Assembly (NCBI RefSeq): GCF_009914755.1
Contig: NC_060947.1
Direction: 5' to 3' (one strand)
DNA from: the human T2T-CHM13v2.0 reference genome, Homo sapiens
DNA length: 64,000 bases
This document shows, one piece after another, positions 1-15,758 of the stretch; within the stretch, counting starts at the first letter, position 1, and each line of letters opens with the position of its first letter. The translations under genes and the position numbers were made by a program. Below the pieces are notes generated by a model, which had not been told where the DNA came from, searched no databases, and saw only the letters and a list, made by a program, of their open reading frames with translations.

Positions 1-16
1 TAAGTAGAAATGGATG

Positions 17-51
17 ATAGATGATAGATAGATACATCCATACATGGATGA

Positions 52-90
<39 letters not shown>

Positions 91-101
91 CACATAGAGA
101 T

Positions 102-166
<65 letters not shown>
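17..166. repeat. (GATA)n microsatellite, compound
   Basis: Direct reading of tagatagata runs. Confidence 0.95.
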
Positions 167-167
<1 letters not shown>

Positions 168-1841
168 CATTTTATTTCTGGTAACAAGCAAGATAGATAG
201 ACAAAAGAAAAGATCAATGATTATTAAAAGCCAAGTATATTTTCATCTCCCATAACTTGATGAAAGATAAGTTGTTTCCTGGCATCAGAACATGTGCAAA
301 GCTTAACTTTTCTGTAATCCTGGATTCCTTGCTGCAGGTTGAACCCTCAAATTTTAGGTCACATCCCTTCCATTGAACAGCATGATGCATTTCTTTACAG
401 CAAGTAGTTTAGCTTATCTCCACTCTTTGTGGACAGAGGCTGTAGCACCAGAGAAACACAACCATTTCTATGTGAAATGTGGTCTAAGTTAATGAGACTT
501 TAGCCAACTCTTCATGTGAAAATAGAATCTCTCTAAAATATATGCTTATCCAGAGAAGGGAAGCCAAGGAGAAGCTCAGTGCTTTATATAATGTTGGAAT
601 CCTGGTTGTAGGTAACAGAACTACAAGATAGGAAACACGTTCTTGTTTCCTGATATTTACCATAAACATGAGAAAAAGGTTCCTGAAGTTTACGCAGAGC
701 ACTTTTCATTGTGGGTTTACAGGAGATGAGCAGATGAAAGAATTCAGTGATCCTCTCTCATGGAGTCACATTGTTTAGGTCGGCATTTCTCCCAGAACAT
801 TAGATTTGTGAAAGGGGATGGTGTGCTCCAGGCAGCTTCTGGGGCCACTGGGTCTATGGGAACCCTTTCTCATGCAGCCCTTATAGCAAAGAAAAGCTGA
901 GCTGGCAGACATATGTGAACTCTTGGCTACATCACCCTGATTCTCTGCCAGGACCAGGGACTAAATATGTTGAAAACTTCATTTAGTTGGTGTTGACACA
1001 GATTAAGGTCTAATTTTGCTTCATTTTACATTATCAAACCTCAAGCATTTAAACACAGTCCTCTTGTAACTCCACACAGGGGTGAGTTATAAGATAAAAA
1101 TGTGTGGAAAGCCCTCCCAAAGACCTCCTACATGGATAATTACGTTAGTGGCAGAGTTTGGTGTAGGTCTCCTTAAATCACGCATCTGAACTGATTATGG
1201 GGGCTCACTCCTCCCTAATGAGGCTCCATATATAGCAGAGATTATTACTTCCAGGAGACTATGTTACCAAATGATTCCTGATGGGAAAAGGGCATTTAAG
1301 ATCCTGACTGGACAATTTACAATTTGTGGTGAAATCGTCATTTCAAAACCAGCTGTTATATATTAGACATGTTCACACTGCAAAGAGCTCAGGAGTTACA
1401 TGAAACTAAGAATTATGAGTGATGTTTTCTAGGAGAGGCAACATCATTGAGTTTATCATAAGAGTGCCTGGGAAGTGAGACAGCTTGGAGTAAAGAAAAA
1501 TGCACTCAACTAGGATCCTAGAATCCGAAAAGCATCATTTCTAGAGGCTTGTAATTACCTGCTTGTAATATAATCTCTTGCAATTCACTTTACCTGCCCA
1601 AAGGACAAGGTGAATGACAAAATATCAAGCAGAGGAAATCTACTATTATCTATTTTATTTGAATTTATCTATTTTATTTGCATTTCAAGTTTAAAAAAAA
1701 ACTCTATAATTTTAAAAAGTGTAAGAACAGCTTAGTCTATAGATTACCCAGTGCTAGGCATGATGCTGTTTCCACTGGAACAAGGATGAGAAATGTCTGT
1801 GTCCTACACTGAGAAGCTCACAGTCTATTTCAGGTGACACA

Positions 1842-2377
1842 CTCACATCCTCATCATTTGTTGACTTCCATATTTGCAAGTTTGCTTACATACTAAAATT
1901 GATTTGTAATCTAGCACTTCCGTAGTCATCCAGAGACATGCACAGAGTGGTGACAATTTTCAATAACTGAGACCCACATTGCTCACATTTTTGTGCTTTT
2001 TGTTGGTGATGTCACTCTCAAATGGCACCCAAGCCTGGTGCTGAAGTGCTGTCTAATGTTGCTAAGCACAAAAAAGCTCTGATGTGTCCAACGGAGAAGA
2101 TGGGTGTGTTCAATTAGCTTTTCTCAGGCATGAGTCATAGTGCTGTTGGCTGTGCATTCAGCATTAATGAATCAACTATGTATATTAAATACAGTGTCTT
2201 TAAACAGAGATACACAAACCAAGGTCATGTATTGACCAATTGATGAAAATGTTGTGACCAGAGACTTCATAGACTCCCTAAGCCTGTGTTTCTCCTAAGA
2301 GCAATGGTATTATGATAATTCAGCATTCACAGTGGCTTTATAGAGCATTACTATCATAAATAACAAGAACCAACTGT
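1842..2377. mobile_element. Tigger4/MER46 (Zombi)-like DNA transposon remnant
   Basis: Start catcctcatcatttgttgacttccatatttgcaagtttgc and end ataaataacaagaaccaactg resemble recalled Tigger4 termini. Confidence 0.6.
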
Positions 2378-2699
2378 GTGTGTATGTATGTATATGTGTA
2401 TATATATATATGGAGTGTGTGTATGTATATGTATGTACGTACATTATTGTGCTGCAGGAAGTATGCACAGGTGTCACAAGAGCCCATAAAACAGCCACAC
2501 CTAGAAAAGCAAGAGCACTGTGAAAACCCCAGTATAGTTCTACATAAACAATGAAAAAGAGGTTAAAGGGGTTCTCTTGGATACTCTGGTGCCAAAGATC
2601 TTAATGGACAGTTTTGTTTTGGCAAAAAGGCTGAAAATTCCAACTTTCAAAAGATTTTTAAAATGCCAAATCTGACAAAATTCAGAACAGTTTACTACT

Positions 2700-4100
2700 T
2701 TCTTGATCTGAAAGATGACATAAGACAAATACCATCTTCATGCTAAGCACTGAAGCAGTGAAAATCTTTTTAAGCACAATCAGAATAAATAAATATGTTC
2801 TGCTATCATAAAAATGATTAAATAATCTCATGAAGGGTTTTTTTTAAAAAAAACCTTATAGAAGAGTTTGAAAAGAATTTGACAAAACACATGAATTCAG
2901 AAGAATTCAGAAAGATACTTACATAAACAGGTTTCTACATCCAAATGACACTCAGAAAATATTATGTGAGAAAAATCACATTCTTAGTAGCAAACAAAAT
3001 AATTACATTCTCGGGAGCCAATTTAGTAAGTAGCAGGAATGAAAAATGTGAAGAAAAGCATAAAGCTTAAGAAAAAGTGCTTCAGAAAATTGAAACATAA
3101 ATTGTCAGTAAGTGAGATGACACATTGTAGAAATGTTGAAGCTGCCTAAATTAATTAATAAAAACTCAAAATGACTCCAAACAAACTCCTCTGTTGACTT
3201 TTAAAATTCACCTGTAGTGAAAAACATAGCCAGAAAAATAATGAAATGGGAAATCATGGGGGGAGGGGCACTGGAACATGTAGGGTTTTAAAAATTGTAA
3301 CAAAAGGCAGAATACACAGAATTTGGAATAAACCGAGAACTCAAAAGTCAGGAAACTGTATCAGATAGATAGACTGCAGTAGCTCATAAAGCTAGTATGC
3401 TAAACCAGTTGTGAAAAGATGAATTATTCCAGTGAAAATCGGACTCCTACCTCACCCAGCACAGCAAACTATAATTTAGGTACACATAAGAAATTCATGT
3501 GTAGTAAACAAGACTATAACTGTACAAAAAAAGAGTGACTTTTTTGTAATATTCCGGTTCTGAAAGGCATTTTTAGGTATGATAATAATAAAACTGTGAA
3601 GAAAAATCCTGACCTGTCACTCATTTTCTATGGAAAATGCACTATATACAAGCCAAAATGACACTATTTTCTGGAAACAAATGGTCATACTATGTCCGTA
3701 AGCAAGAAGTTAACATCATCTGTTCCTTACCCTCAAAATAGCCTTTATGGTTAAAACAATAGTGGGTAAAGTTATAAACAGGCAATTTCCAGAAGAGAGA
3801 AAAATAGTTAGTAAACATAAAAATGTTTCAACCTCACTACTATCCCTTCCACACACATGCACAAAAAAGATCCAGGGAGGTTCTTGTTTTTTCCCTATGA
3901 TTTTGGCATATATTTGACAAAGTGATAATTCATGTTTATTTAAAGGGGCTGAAATGGAAACCTATATATAATCTTAGTGGTGTTATAAATGTGTAAATTT
4001 ATACAAATTTTCACAATATACTTATTCACTCTATAAATATAATTTTAAAGAGTATATATCTCTTGTCAATGTAATTTTCAAATAAACTAGTCTATGAAAA
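2700..4100 (+). mobile_element. Highly diverged L1M ORF2/3' remnants
   Basis: A-rich sequence with L1-like blocks (ggactcctacctcacc; aaacaggcaatttccagaagag...ttcaacctcact). Boundaries approximate. Confidence 0.5.
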
Positions 4101-4150
4101 ATGTTGGAGGTAATGTACAAAGATATGGCTATTTAGAAAATATGAATAGA

Positions 4151-4589
<439 letters not shown>

Positions 4590-5416
4590 TTATTTTACAA
4601 AAGAATAGCACTTTGAAGTATTGCTATAAAAATGAAAATGTTAGGAAAGAGGGTAATAATATATTGCTAGGCGATTGTATAATAAGATCCAGTGTTTCCA
4701 GATAGATATCTCCAACACGTCCTGTGGCTCAGTTATTATAAAGTGTGCAGTTAAACCAAAGCAACTTAATAACAAAAAAAATCATCTATTATAGAAGTAT
4801 GGTTTTGGAGGTAGGATATATCTGAGCAAAATGGACAATTAATACTGAGACTAAGCATTTTGCGTTCAAATTTCAAGCATTTTACATGATCTCTCTAGGT
4901 CAAATGTGAGATGCCTCCTTCACAGAGGGAGAGTCAAGCTCAATGGCTTAGGTGCTTACAACTCCATCTCTCCAAATGTGTTAAGATGCCCATGCTTGTG
5001 CATCTGGAGAACAGCTATCAGTACGACCCACTAGGCCACACCCTTTCCCCAATTCAAATCAAGAGAAGGGGTATTCACACCCATCAAGGCTTAATTAATT
5101 TCATTATGGGATAAGGAGTTGACATCTTTTTTCTGAATAAATGCTGTTTTATATTCATATTCTTGCCATAAAAACAATGGCATGTCTGGGGAATGTCTTT
5201 AAGAACTGTCATAATTTTTCGATGGTGTGAAACCAAGTCTCTAAGATCTCGCTTCTGACTTAAAAGTTGGCCCGTGGTATGGCTGAGTAACGTTTGCTTG
5301 AGGACATTGTGCTTGTAAATCAACTTTGTGAAAGCTGCCAATCTGGAAGAAATATCACCGGTCTCAGAGTTGAGGTTTGAAAGATAACAGCAGATGAGTG
5401 ACTACATATTTTATTA

Positions 5417-6116
5417 TGTTAGCAGCGGCAAATCCATACAGGTCTGCAGCAACCTCAATTCTTGCTTCTTCGGAAGAAAGAATTCAACCGAGGGGGCATA
5501 AAGCACATGAGAGACTGAGGCAAGCTTGAAACCAGTAGTGAAAGTTTATTAAAAAGTTTTACAGCAGGAATGAAAAGAAGTAAATTACACTTGGAAGAGG
5601 GTCAAGCGGGCAACTTGAGAGATTCAAGTGTACAGTTGACCTTTGACTTGGGGTTTTACAATGGCATGGTTCAGGGGTCTTGCGTCTCTTCTCTGATTCT
5701 TCCCTTGGGGTGGGCTGTCTGCATGTGCAGTGGCATTGCTAGCACTTGGGAGGGGCTGCATGCGCAGTGTGTTTACTGAAGTTGTGCACATGCTCACTTG
5801 AGGTGCTTTTCCCCTTACCAGTCGAGCATTCCTAGAGGAAGGTCATAGACCAGTTAAACTCCACCATTTTGCCTTGCACTGCACATCCTTGAGCCCAATC
5901 ACCCAACTCCTGAGATCTTATCAGGAAACTGCTAATCACCAGATTCTACCTATTAGGAGACTGACCTTTCCCTGGATTTGGCTGTGACCAATTACTATTT
6001 TAGAGAGACAGTTTAACAACCTCCTGAACATCACCTGATGGTCCTCTGACATTCCTTGGGAGGTGAGAGGGCCGTCTCCCATCCTGCTCATCTCTGCCCT
6101 ACTATCTACTGTAACA
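5417..6116 (-). mobile_element. ERV1 solo LTR (MER50-like)
   Basis: TGTTA...TAACA termini; near-matching 4-bp flanks atta/gtta; the minus strand begins tgttacagtagatagtagggcagagatgagcagg, as in the recalled MER50 consensus. Confidence 0.75.
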
Positions 6117-7253
6117 GTTAGGTGCCTACATTTCCTAAGTACTGGTTACTCAGTTTCTCCCAGATTCCCATGAAATTGAGAGCTAGATTGATGTGGCTTC
6201 CATTCCTTGAAACCAAAAGAATTCTCACCATTCATTTTCACATGTCTACAGCAAGGCAGAAATATTCCATTCTAGGACAGATGGATAACAAATCTCAGTA
6301 AATGAGTCAGGCAAAAATCAAACCATTCACTTGGCTGTGGGTCAATTTTATTATGTACCAAATATATATTCTAGGCACGGTGGGAGCAAATAAAGCATTG
6401 CAAGCAACTTGTAATGCTACAGAAGGAAATGGTAGCTGCATGGCAGCTGAAGGATGTAGGTTCTATTGTTTGTGGCTAAATAACATTCAATCTGTTTTGT
6501 GATTTTTAACGGTTGAGAATATTTTTCAAAGAATGACTGATTCTACCCAAAAGTATTTATGCAGGGAAATTCAGAACAAGCCAGTGATTAAAAGTCCACC
6601 TCTATAACCCCAGCTTGATTTGTTTTATTATGTTATGCATGATGGGATATTGCAAAGCATGGATTACTACTATGCATTGAATCACCACTCTAAATGCGTT
6701 TGGAGTTTTCTGTTGTACAGTTACAGGAAACCGGAAAAATGGAAAACCTTTCTCATTTTTGTTTTGTTTTGTTTTTTTCCTCTTCAACTCAATTCAATGT
6801 GGATCAATCAGATCAAACCCCAAAACAATGTTGGGTGTTCTTGTAGGTTTCTCACTTTTGGGAATGGCTAGATGCCCCTACATTGTGTTCAAACAGATGT
6901 CTGGGAATATGGACCTGACATTATGCAAGGAATGTAACAGGCAGGGTTACAAGAAGTGACTTCTGTCACAGCAAAAATATATTCTTTTCTTGTTCCTTGA
7001 AAATGATACTTACAAGTTGCTTTCCAATGGTAGATAAACTAAGGGAGGGCCCACAGCAATGACAGATGACATAAAAACACTTCTTGACATAGAAAACATC
7101 TCCTCTTGCTAAATATAAGAGGATGACAGCAAGTCAGATTTCTTTAGATGTCAGGCAGAGGAAGTATTAAGGCATTCTGCAAAGTATGTTATGCTCAGGT
7201 TAGGTGTTACTAATGTCAGTATGCATATTGGAAGTATTAATTTCATTACCTAC

Positions 7254-7630
7254 TGTATTCGTTTGTTTTCACACTGCTATAAAGAACTACGTGAGACTGG
7301 GTAATTTATGAAGAAAAGAGATTTAATTGACTCACAGTTCCACAAGCTTAACAAGAAGCTTGACTGGGAGGCCTCAGGAAATTTGCCATCATGGCAGAAA
7401 GCGAAGGGGAAGCAAGCACCTTCTTCATATGATGGCAGGAGAGACAGAGAGAGCGAGAGCAAGGGGGGAGGTGCCACACACTTTTAAACCATCAGATCTC
7501 ATGAGAACTCACTCACTATCACGAGAACAGCAAGGGGGAAATCTGCCTCCATGATCCAATCACCTCCCACCTGGCCCCTCCTCCAATTGGACATAAGATT
7601 TGGGCAGAGACACAAATCCAAACTCTATCA
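7254..7630 (-). mobile_element. MaLR solo LTR (MST-type)
   Basis: tgtattcgtttgttttcacactgctataaag...aaactctatca; 5-bp TSD cctac/cctat. Confidence 0.88.
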
Positions 7631-10600
7631 CCTATATATTGTTTGGTCAGTTTTATTTTTAAAAAATGTATCCTCAACTGCACCTACTTCTTATGATACC
7701 ACCAGTGTTAGTTTAGAATGTGGGAAAAGGTAGGACAGTAGTTCTGTCTGCACTAAAAATAGCCTGTTTGTTTTCATTAGTTAAGAAATTTATATTTCAT
7801 ATGAGTTGACAGTTACCCATAGGTGAGACAGGACACTAGACAATGCTTATCCTCCGTTTACCTGCAGGTCTCCTATGTGAGATTTGAGAACCATATCTTA
7901 ACTGGAGTCTCTGAAATTTTCTTTCATCATTCTATAAATTTGTTGTATTTCAGGTAAAAATACGTAAAAATTCAACACTTTTCTCCACTCCTAACAATGA
8001 TGTGGACACAAGGGACAAGCAATGTAGATTATAAAATTAAATATAAAATTTATAATTATTCTTACTTATACAATTATGTAAAAACCTCATAGATCCATAG
8101 GAAAGCCACAAACCCAGCAGGAAAAAGGAATAAGGAATACAACAGACAATTCTGAGAATTATAAATTGCGTGTAGAATGCTTGTAGAAGAAATACTTAAT
8201 ATATAAAAAGATACCATTTGACTCTATCAGACTACAGATAAATTAGCAAAGGTAATATAAAATATCGGAAATAGTGTGAAGAAACTTGTATTTTTGTACA
8301 ACCAGTAGTGAGAGTGCAAAGTACAATTTGAGAGAATATGAATTTAACATTTTCATAACTGGAACCAAAAAATTCCGTCATATTTTTTCAGAAATTGTAT
8401 CACAATCCTACAAGATAAATGCACAAGATAATTCTTCAAATCATTGAGAGTGTAATCTATAATCTTCCTAAACAACGAACAGTATAGCACTGGTTAAGGA
8501 AATCATATATCAGCATAAAGAAATGTCAACAAGAACTAAGAAGGGTATGTATCTCCATTGTTTTATCGAGTTTTTTAATACATGTTTTTAAATGAAAAAA
8601 GTGAGTAGTACAGAAAATGTGTGTACTTAATGCAGTCATTTGTATTTTGACATATGTACCATGTGTATTTTGACATGTACCAAAAATAATATGTATGAGG
8701 CTGTACACATTGGTTACCATCAGGAGAGTAGAGGGATAGAAGGATAGGGTAGGAAGAGCTATTTTCCCTTTATTCTCTATTTCATATTCATTGAACTTGT
8801 GGATTAATAAAAATATGTTATTTTCAATATTTTATGAAGAACACAAAATTGTACAAACCTTTTATTTAACTCTTCAGCCCTCCTCTAACCTATGAAAATA
8901 TGATAAATACAGTCCAAACTCAGTACATTATTGGGAAAAAAATTAGATAACATAATTGGGCAATGATTTTTTGATTTCTAAGATGCAATACAAATTTCAC
9001 TCCATATGACTTTAGGTATTAATTCTTGTTACTATCTACTTATAATAATGCTAACAAGCTTCAAAAATAGCCTGTTACAGATGTCGTTGCTGCTCAAAAT
9101 ATTTTGAAGAAACATCTTAGGGACATGATTTTAAAGACTAGAACTAAAGTGCTCACAAAAATGCATATTTATTTTGGCGTAAGATTGTGCCTATTAGGTA
9201 CGTGTCAATCAACAGTAACCTATCATCTTCCTATTTTTACTCCCCTTCCTTTGCCACAGGAGTCAATAGCATGTTTCCCTATTAGTGGTCTCATTATTTG
9301 GGCTTTAAGCAGTCTTCATCTGATATTACCCATGGGAACAGATTACAATTGGAGAGTCTCTTACTGGTGTGGTACTGCACAACCCAACAACCACAGTTCT
9401 ATCACCAATACCAAAGGGAGTCATCCACAAATATTGCCTGGGTTCACTCCATCCCATGAACTAGACTCTTTTAAAAGTGTGTAGGATTGGTCAATCCATT
9501 GGGTGAATTGACCTAAGTCCACCTGGTTAACAGGTGATTTTAAAGTAATTTGCCAAAACTTTGTCCACTTACATTACTTTTGACTGCTTATTCTGGGTGA
9601 CTTTTGTGTCCTCATGCTGGCTTCTTAAGGCGAATTCATATATCTCCTTTAAAAATGAACTGATAGAAACAAATTTAGTAAAGATCTAGGGTTTGGCTCA
9701 AAGCTAGTGTATACGTATGTTAGCTTGAACGGTGGATAGCATTAGTTTTGAGAGCAGATTTGAGAACAAGTTCTCAGCCATGCTAAAAACCTAAATGAAT
9801 GTTGGAAAGACAAATATGGTTTTGTAATGCCTGTTTTTAAACAAAATGAATTTAATTTTATTATGTTATAAAATCAATACCTATTACTTATAAGCAATTT
9901 AAAAATAGATGTATAGTCCTCTAGCTATTGGCAATTATTATCTAGTGTATGGCCTTCCCGTATATTATCTTGTATGAGTCCATATTTACCAATGGTATTG
10001 CTTTCTATTTGTCCTGTATTTATTAAAATGTGTTAGCCCATTTTTCATTTTATGTTTTCATACCCATCTCAAACATTTTAACAATTGCATGCTATGCCAT
10101 CTTATTTTTTACTTACACACTTTTCTGTCGCTGGTTTTGGCTATTTTGACTAAGATTTGACAAATATTGTTTCAATTTTGTTGACATTCGTTAATATTTG
10201 ATTCTTTGATAGCTGCTTATGTTCAATATATTTAGGATAAATTTTCAGATATGAAATTGCCAAATAAAGAGTATACATATATTTTAGATATTTGATACAT
10301 GTTGTCAAAAAGCTCACCAAATGACAATTTGCATCCACTGCACACACTCTCACAAACCATAGGCAATCTTCTCAAATGTTTTATGAATTTAACAAATTGA
10401 AAGCCTGGTAATATTTTTTACAAGGTGTGTTTCTTTTGATAGTGAGGTTGAATATTTTCCCATACATTTTTAACCACATCTACTTCTCACTTTCTGTGAC
10501 AGATTTATTTGAACAAATAGAACCAGTTATTTTCTCCATAGTTGTCTGAAGACAAACAATGTATTTGCTACTCTCAGCTAGACATTTTGCCAAATATTGT

Positions 10601-11216
10601 TGCTTAAGAATATGGAAATATATGACAATCAAACATTACTACATTATTGTCCCCCAGTGTAATAAATGCTAAGCTAATAAGACATAAGGGTGCATTGTAC
10701 ATACAAGAAAATGCCAATTAATTGGATTGGAGCAGTGGATGGTAGAGTGTTTAGTTTAAGTTATGCAATTATTTCTGTGATACTTAGATGACCCACAATG
10801 TCTCTTGGGTCTTGTCTTAGAATTTTCTTCGAAAATCAAGACACATTTATTACAATAAACATTTTATAAATAAACATTCTTATAAAGATGGGTTCAGAAT
10901 CTGAAAACTGCCATAAGTTATCTGGAGACCATTCCAGTAGGGAAATATGGTGAGAATTATCACCCAGCAAATATAAGTTTTCAGTATCACAAAATAGGGG
11001 TTTTACATGTCATCAGGAGAAATCTTTGGTACACATTAACCATTGTATTACCTAGTTAGCAAAGCTAAACTCCCAGGATAATGTCTGAGTGTTAGGAGGC
11101 CACCTATAATTACAAAATTCTTGATAGTGAGAATTGAAAAGAACCATAGAAACAATCTATAGCTCTAGTTCCTCACTTTAGATGAAGGAACTGGAGTTCA
11201 AGGAGTGGAATGCATT

Positions 11217-11292
11217 TATTAGGTTGGTGCAAAAGTAATTGCGATTTTGCCATTGAAGTAAAAACCGCAATTACTTTTACACCAACCTAATA
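11217..11292. mobile_element. MADE1 (Hsmar1-derived MITE)
   Basis: TA-flanked inverted repeats ttaggttggtgcaaaagtaattgcg / cgcaattacttttacaccaacctaa. Confidence 0.92.
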
Positions 11293-14200
11293 CAAAGGCC
11301 CAAACTAAGTAAGTCATTGTTGTCAAGTGAAAGTAAAATCTGCAGTCTCTCAATTCAGTCTTTCATGGAAACGTGGAGGTTATTTCCATAGTAAAGAAAT
11401 GGATATGCACAGTAATGAACTAAAATGAAATACCCTAACCATCAATCCTGAGGGATGTATAGTTTATATATCTTTGAGTTTCAAATGTCAGGCAAAGTAC
11501 CCAACTCATGAAAAGTTCTCAAAACTGTAGTTAAAAAACTGCCTAACAATTTCATGAGTTGTTAATAAACTATCAGGATGAGTTGCCATAATCATTTTTC
11601 TTCTTCAAAAGTAGAAACTGAGGGAGGTGGGTACCAGCCATATTGGGCAGCGTGGGCTTAAATCTGCAAATACAGCTGGAGTATTTGAAATGTCAGGACT
11701 GATTTTACATCCCAACAAATTCTCGTATAGCAACATGAATTGTACTGAAAAAAACACTTCTATTCAACATTATATAACTTCCAATCAGGAAAATTACCTT
11801 TGATCAAATACAAGAAGAGAGAAATTTGGAGATTCATAGGCAGACCCAAAACATTTGGAATCCTTTTTGTACATGTCATGTAGATTAAGTGTAGGTCCCA
11901 CTCAAAGTTGAACTTTTTTGTTCTCATAGAATTTCCTGGTCAAAAGCTCAGGTGTCCCTGAAGTATATGTCTAGGTAGTGCTGGTCCCAGTGGCAGTTTT
12001 GTGGCAATCAGCTGATTATTTTGTACATGTCTGATACATCCCAGATCTCCTCGAGGTTCCTGCATTGTTGACTTTCAGGAACTAGGGAGCTGAGCTTTCC
12101 ATTCCTGGTGACAGCTTTCATGTGTTTTCAGTAAGAGAAACCAGATGCAGGTGCAGTTGTCTTTTGCAGCCCATAAATTTCATAAAGAATACATTCTATT
12201 TTTCTCTTCCCCAGAAAGCGCTGCCGAGGTTTGCCAGGCATCCAAGACCTTGCTGTTGAAGCATAACCTCTGACCCCTGTGCAACCCACAGCAAGACAAC
12301 CGAAACCCACCCCCCAAACAGTGCACCTGTTTAAACCATCTGCAGAGCCCTGATTGAATAAATTTCCCTTGCACTTCATTTATACCAACAGAATTCTCAT
12401 GGCTGAAGCTAAATTCTGCAATGAAGTCATCTATGGAAATATTGCTGGTTCCACCCCAACTTATCTAGGCAGGTAGTGCTAATGAACATCTATGCATTAC
12501 GTGGAAATGCTTTAGAAATCTGTTGATTAGTTCACTTCAGAAATGAAGAAATCTAAGCATCTGATTGGATAAATGACCTGTCTCTTATAAGATCACTGAA
12601 ATACTGGCAGGCACAACCAAAAAGAAGGTTTTCTTTCTTTCACTCCGAGGTCCCTTGTAAAGCTCATTCAGAACACTCAAGTTTGATTCCGTTCAATGCA
12701 GTTTTCACCTGTTATACATGTTCATTTGGATAAGGAATATTAGATATTGCTTGAGGAGATACACAGTTTGTTTTTAAGGATCTTTTTCGTGCAAAAAAAA
12801 AAAAAAAAAAAAGGAACAGACCCGTGGTTGAAAACACTATGATGATGGTGTGCCGTTGTGTAACTGTTGTTAAAATATCAGCCAACTTTTCTAACCTTAC
12901 ATTTATAAAGTCAAGTCATATATTTGAGTTCTTTTTTGGACAAATGCATTCACTCATGCATTCATATATTCCTACTTATTGTGCTCTTTCCTATTTACAG
13001 ATTTTCTGTCCACGGGCAACAAAAAATATGAGCTACAATTCAGGTTCTCACACAAGCAGCAGTCATATTCATCTTTCCAGCAAGGGATACTCCATCCCTT
13101 TTTTCAGCTGCCTCCTTCCTTCTTGTGTTTGAGGCAATTTTACCAATTTAACTCTTGCAGAAAGCCATGTGTGCATCTTCAAGCTGTTTTTCCCCTCTTT
13201 GGAGGGGAAATAAGTACATGAATTTTAAAATATTAATAATCAGTGACTTTTTTTTTTACTGGATTTCACTTGTATAACCTCACTTTCTGTATGGGTTTTA
13301 CAGGCTCTACATACCAAAAAACGTAAATTATGTTCCATCTTGCTTTATAAGTTGAAGCATTATACTGTTTAATGCCTGTATTAGTAATTCACTAATGTGT
13401 AGTTTAAAAATGAAAATGGATGTGCACCCATCAACATGAACACCTTTTCAAAAGAGTCATCCAGAAATAAATATTTAATATTTCTTCAAGGGACAGGTAA
13501 TTTGATTTCATCTAATAACTGATCATATGCATTTTTCTTTTGTTTCTTTCTATTTTTAAAATTCTCTTGTGAAGTAGAAAAACATGGCCTGAAAGACAGC
13601 ACTCCTGAAATTGAGATATTATTTAATATTTTATTGGGCTTCAGTAATGTAATTTGGCTTAGATGATGCAGGTGTACACTTTTCGTTTGACTCTGAACTC
13701 ATTAATTTGACATTGATTTCTAAAGCACAGAAGTGTCTGTCACCTGCTGTAGTTTCGAAAATAATGATATCAGCACTCATGGCTTATTTATTGATAAGGC
13801 AGGCCTCTTTGGGGAATTTCTGACCCAGGTCATGCCAGCCCACTGAGGTTGATGGGGCAATAAGGTCAAGCCATGCTTTAATTAACCTGAAATCATTTGA
13901 GCATCACTTCTGATTTACAATAATGGCTGTCTCCCTAAATTGACTCGTGGGCTCTACTGTTTCTCAAAGGCTTGATGTAACCATGTCATTGTTATTTCTC
14001 AACTATATTTCAAAATGCAAATTTTTCTATTTTAAAATTAAATGTCATTCTTTTCAGACCTGCAGGTTTGCATATGAGCACATACATGCACACACACAAA
14101 TTAATTATTATTAATCTGGAGAGTGTAATGTGTCCTAGTTGATGAGAAATAAAGCCCTACAGCAGAACAACGTATGTTGTTGTCCATGATGGTTTAAAAA

Positions 14201-15181
14201 AGACCATTTAAGTGGAAATACCTGATAAACCCACAGAGTTCTGTAAGTGTGTGCTTAAAATGGAGCCTTGATTTTTGCAAGGGATATGTTTTTAAATCTT
14301 TGCAAATTTCAAAATTAATGGGATCCAGCAGAGTGCATACTCTAACCCATACAGATGGTGGAGATGGCTATCAGTATCTTTTGTCAGTATCTAGACAGCA
14401 AAGATAAAGTGAGGATGGAAAAACAGCCTTTGCCATGATGAGTAGAGAACAACAAAAAACCTATAGACTTCCAAACCACGGAAGTCCAGAGTTACTGCTC
14501 ACATCACCATGAAGCTATGAAATGTGTTTCTGCAGAACATACTTGCCCAGAATTTGAATCAATGCCTTGGCAAAATTCATACTCATTCCTTGATGTGGAA
14601 TTTGAAGGTCACTTGTGAATAGACCAAAAGGAGGACTCGAGTCCGGGAATGCCATGAGCCCACTGTGTTGTTTGTACAATCTAGAAGGGAGGTCAGCCTC
14701 CCAACACATAGCACAGGACCAACTACACACACCTTTCCTGAGTTCAATATAAGAACTGTAAATTAAAGAATTAATAAGGAGTGGAATTCATGGATACAGC
14801 AAGTCTCTAGGGAATCAAAATAGCATGTCTCCCTTGCTTGAATATGACTCTGTTTTGGGTTTCACAATATGGGAGAGAGAGTTTCTTCCATGTGAAAAAT
14901 GTTAAGTATTTCACTATCAGTCGATATTCTTTTGATGTGGCAGAAAAATGATGCTATTAAAAAAATTCCAAGAACATGTCAAATACGGAAAGATCAATGG
15001 GTCGATGTCTACATATCCCTTTAGCTTTAAAATTATTTGATTTTGATATGGATGATGAAAACATTCAATCATTTGTCAAACAGATAAAAGGTTAGGGAGG
15101 TTAGGCATACTATTTTGAAACATGTAGTAACCACCATCATGCAAGCAAGCCCTCAATAAATGTGTTTGTCCACCTCAATTC

Positions 15182-15307
15182 TTTTTTTTTTTTTATTTTT
15201 AGTTCTGGGGTACATGTGCAGGATGTGCAGGTATGTTACATAGGTAAATATGTGCCATGGTGGTTTACTTCACCTATCAACCTATCACCTAAGTATTAAG
15301 CTCAGCA
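15182..15307 (-). mobile_element. L1PA 3' end fragment
   Basis: Poly-T followed by agttctggggtacatgtgcaggatgtgcagg...ataggtaaa, the antisense of the L1PA 3'UTR. Confidence 0.85.
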
Positions 15308-15649
15308 ATTATTTATTGGAAATACATGACACACATATCCTAAAGTGGGGGAAAATGTTTTCTGACCACTAAAGGAAACAAGCTACTCATTTCCTGATTT
15401 ATTTTGACTATGTGTATTTTTCAAGTATTAGTTTCTACTCAATTTATATGTGGAACATTATTAGAAAGATCATTTGTCAGTGGTTTAGAGGGTTAGTAAT
15501 GTACTTAAATTAATAAAATATGTAATATCCCCGAAAGGAATCCATTTCTGAAAATTCAGTACTTGGTTTTGATCCTTTAAGTTCCCTCAATATTTTTTGT
15601 GCATGCAAATTTTATTTACACAGTAAAATACTGCCCTCAGATACATATC

Positions 15650-15652
<3 letters not shown>

Positions 15653-15741
<89 letters not shown>

Positions 15742-15758
15742 GAGAGACAGAGAGAGAG
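15653..15758. repeat. (TA)n(GA)n compound microsatellite
   Basis: Direct reading. Confidence 0.95.

Noticed and set aside
9104-9484. 126-aa ORF, and similar ORFs at 23372-23869 and 24230-24661
   Set aside because: No recognisable domain or exon context; lengths compatible with chance.
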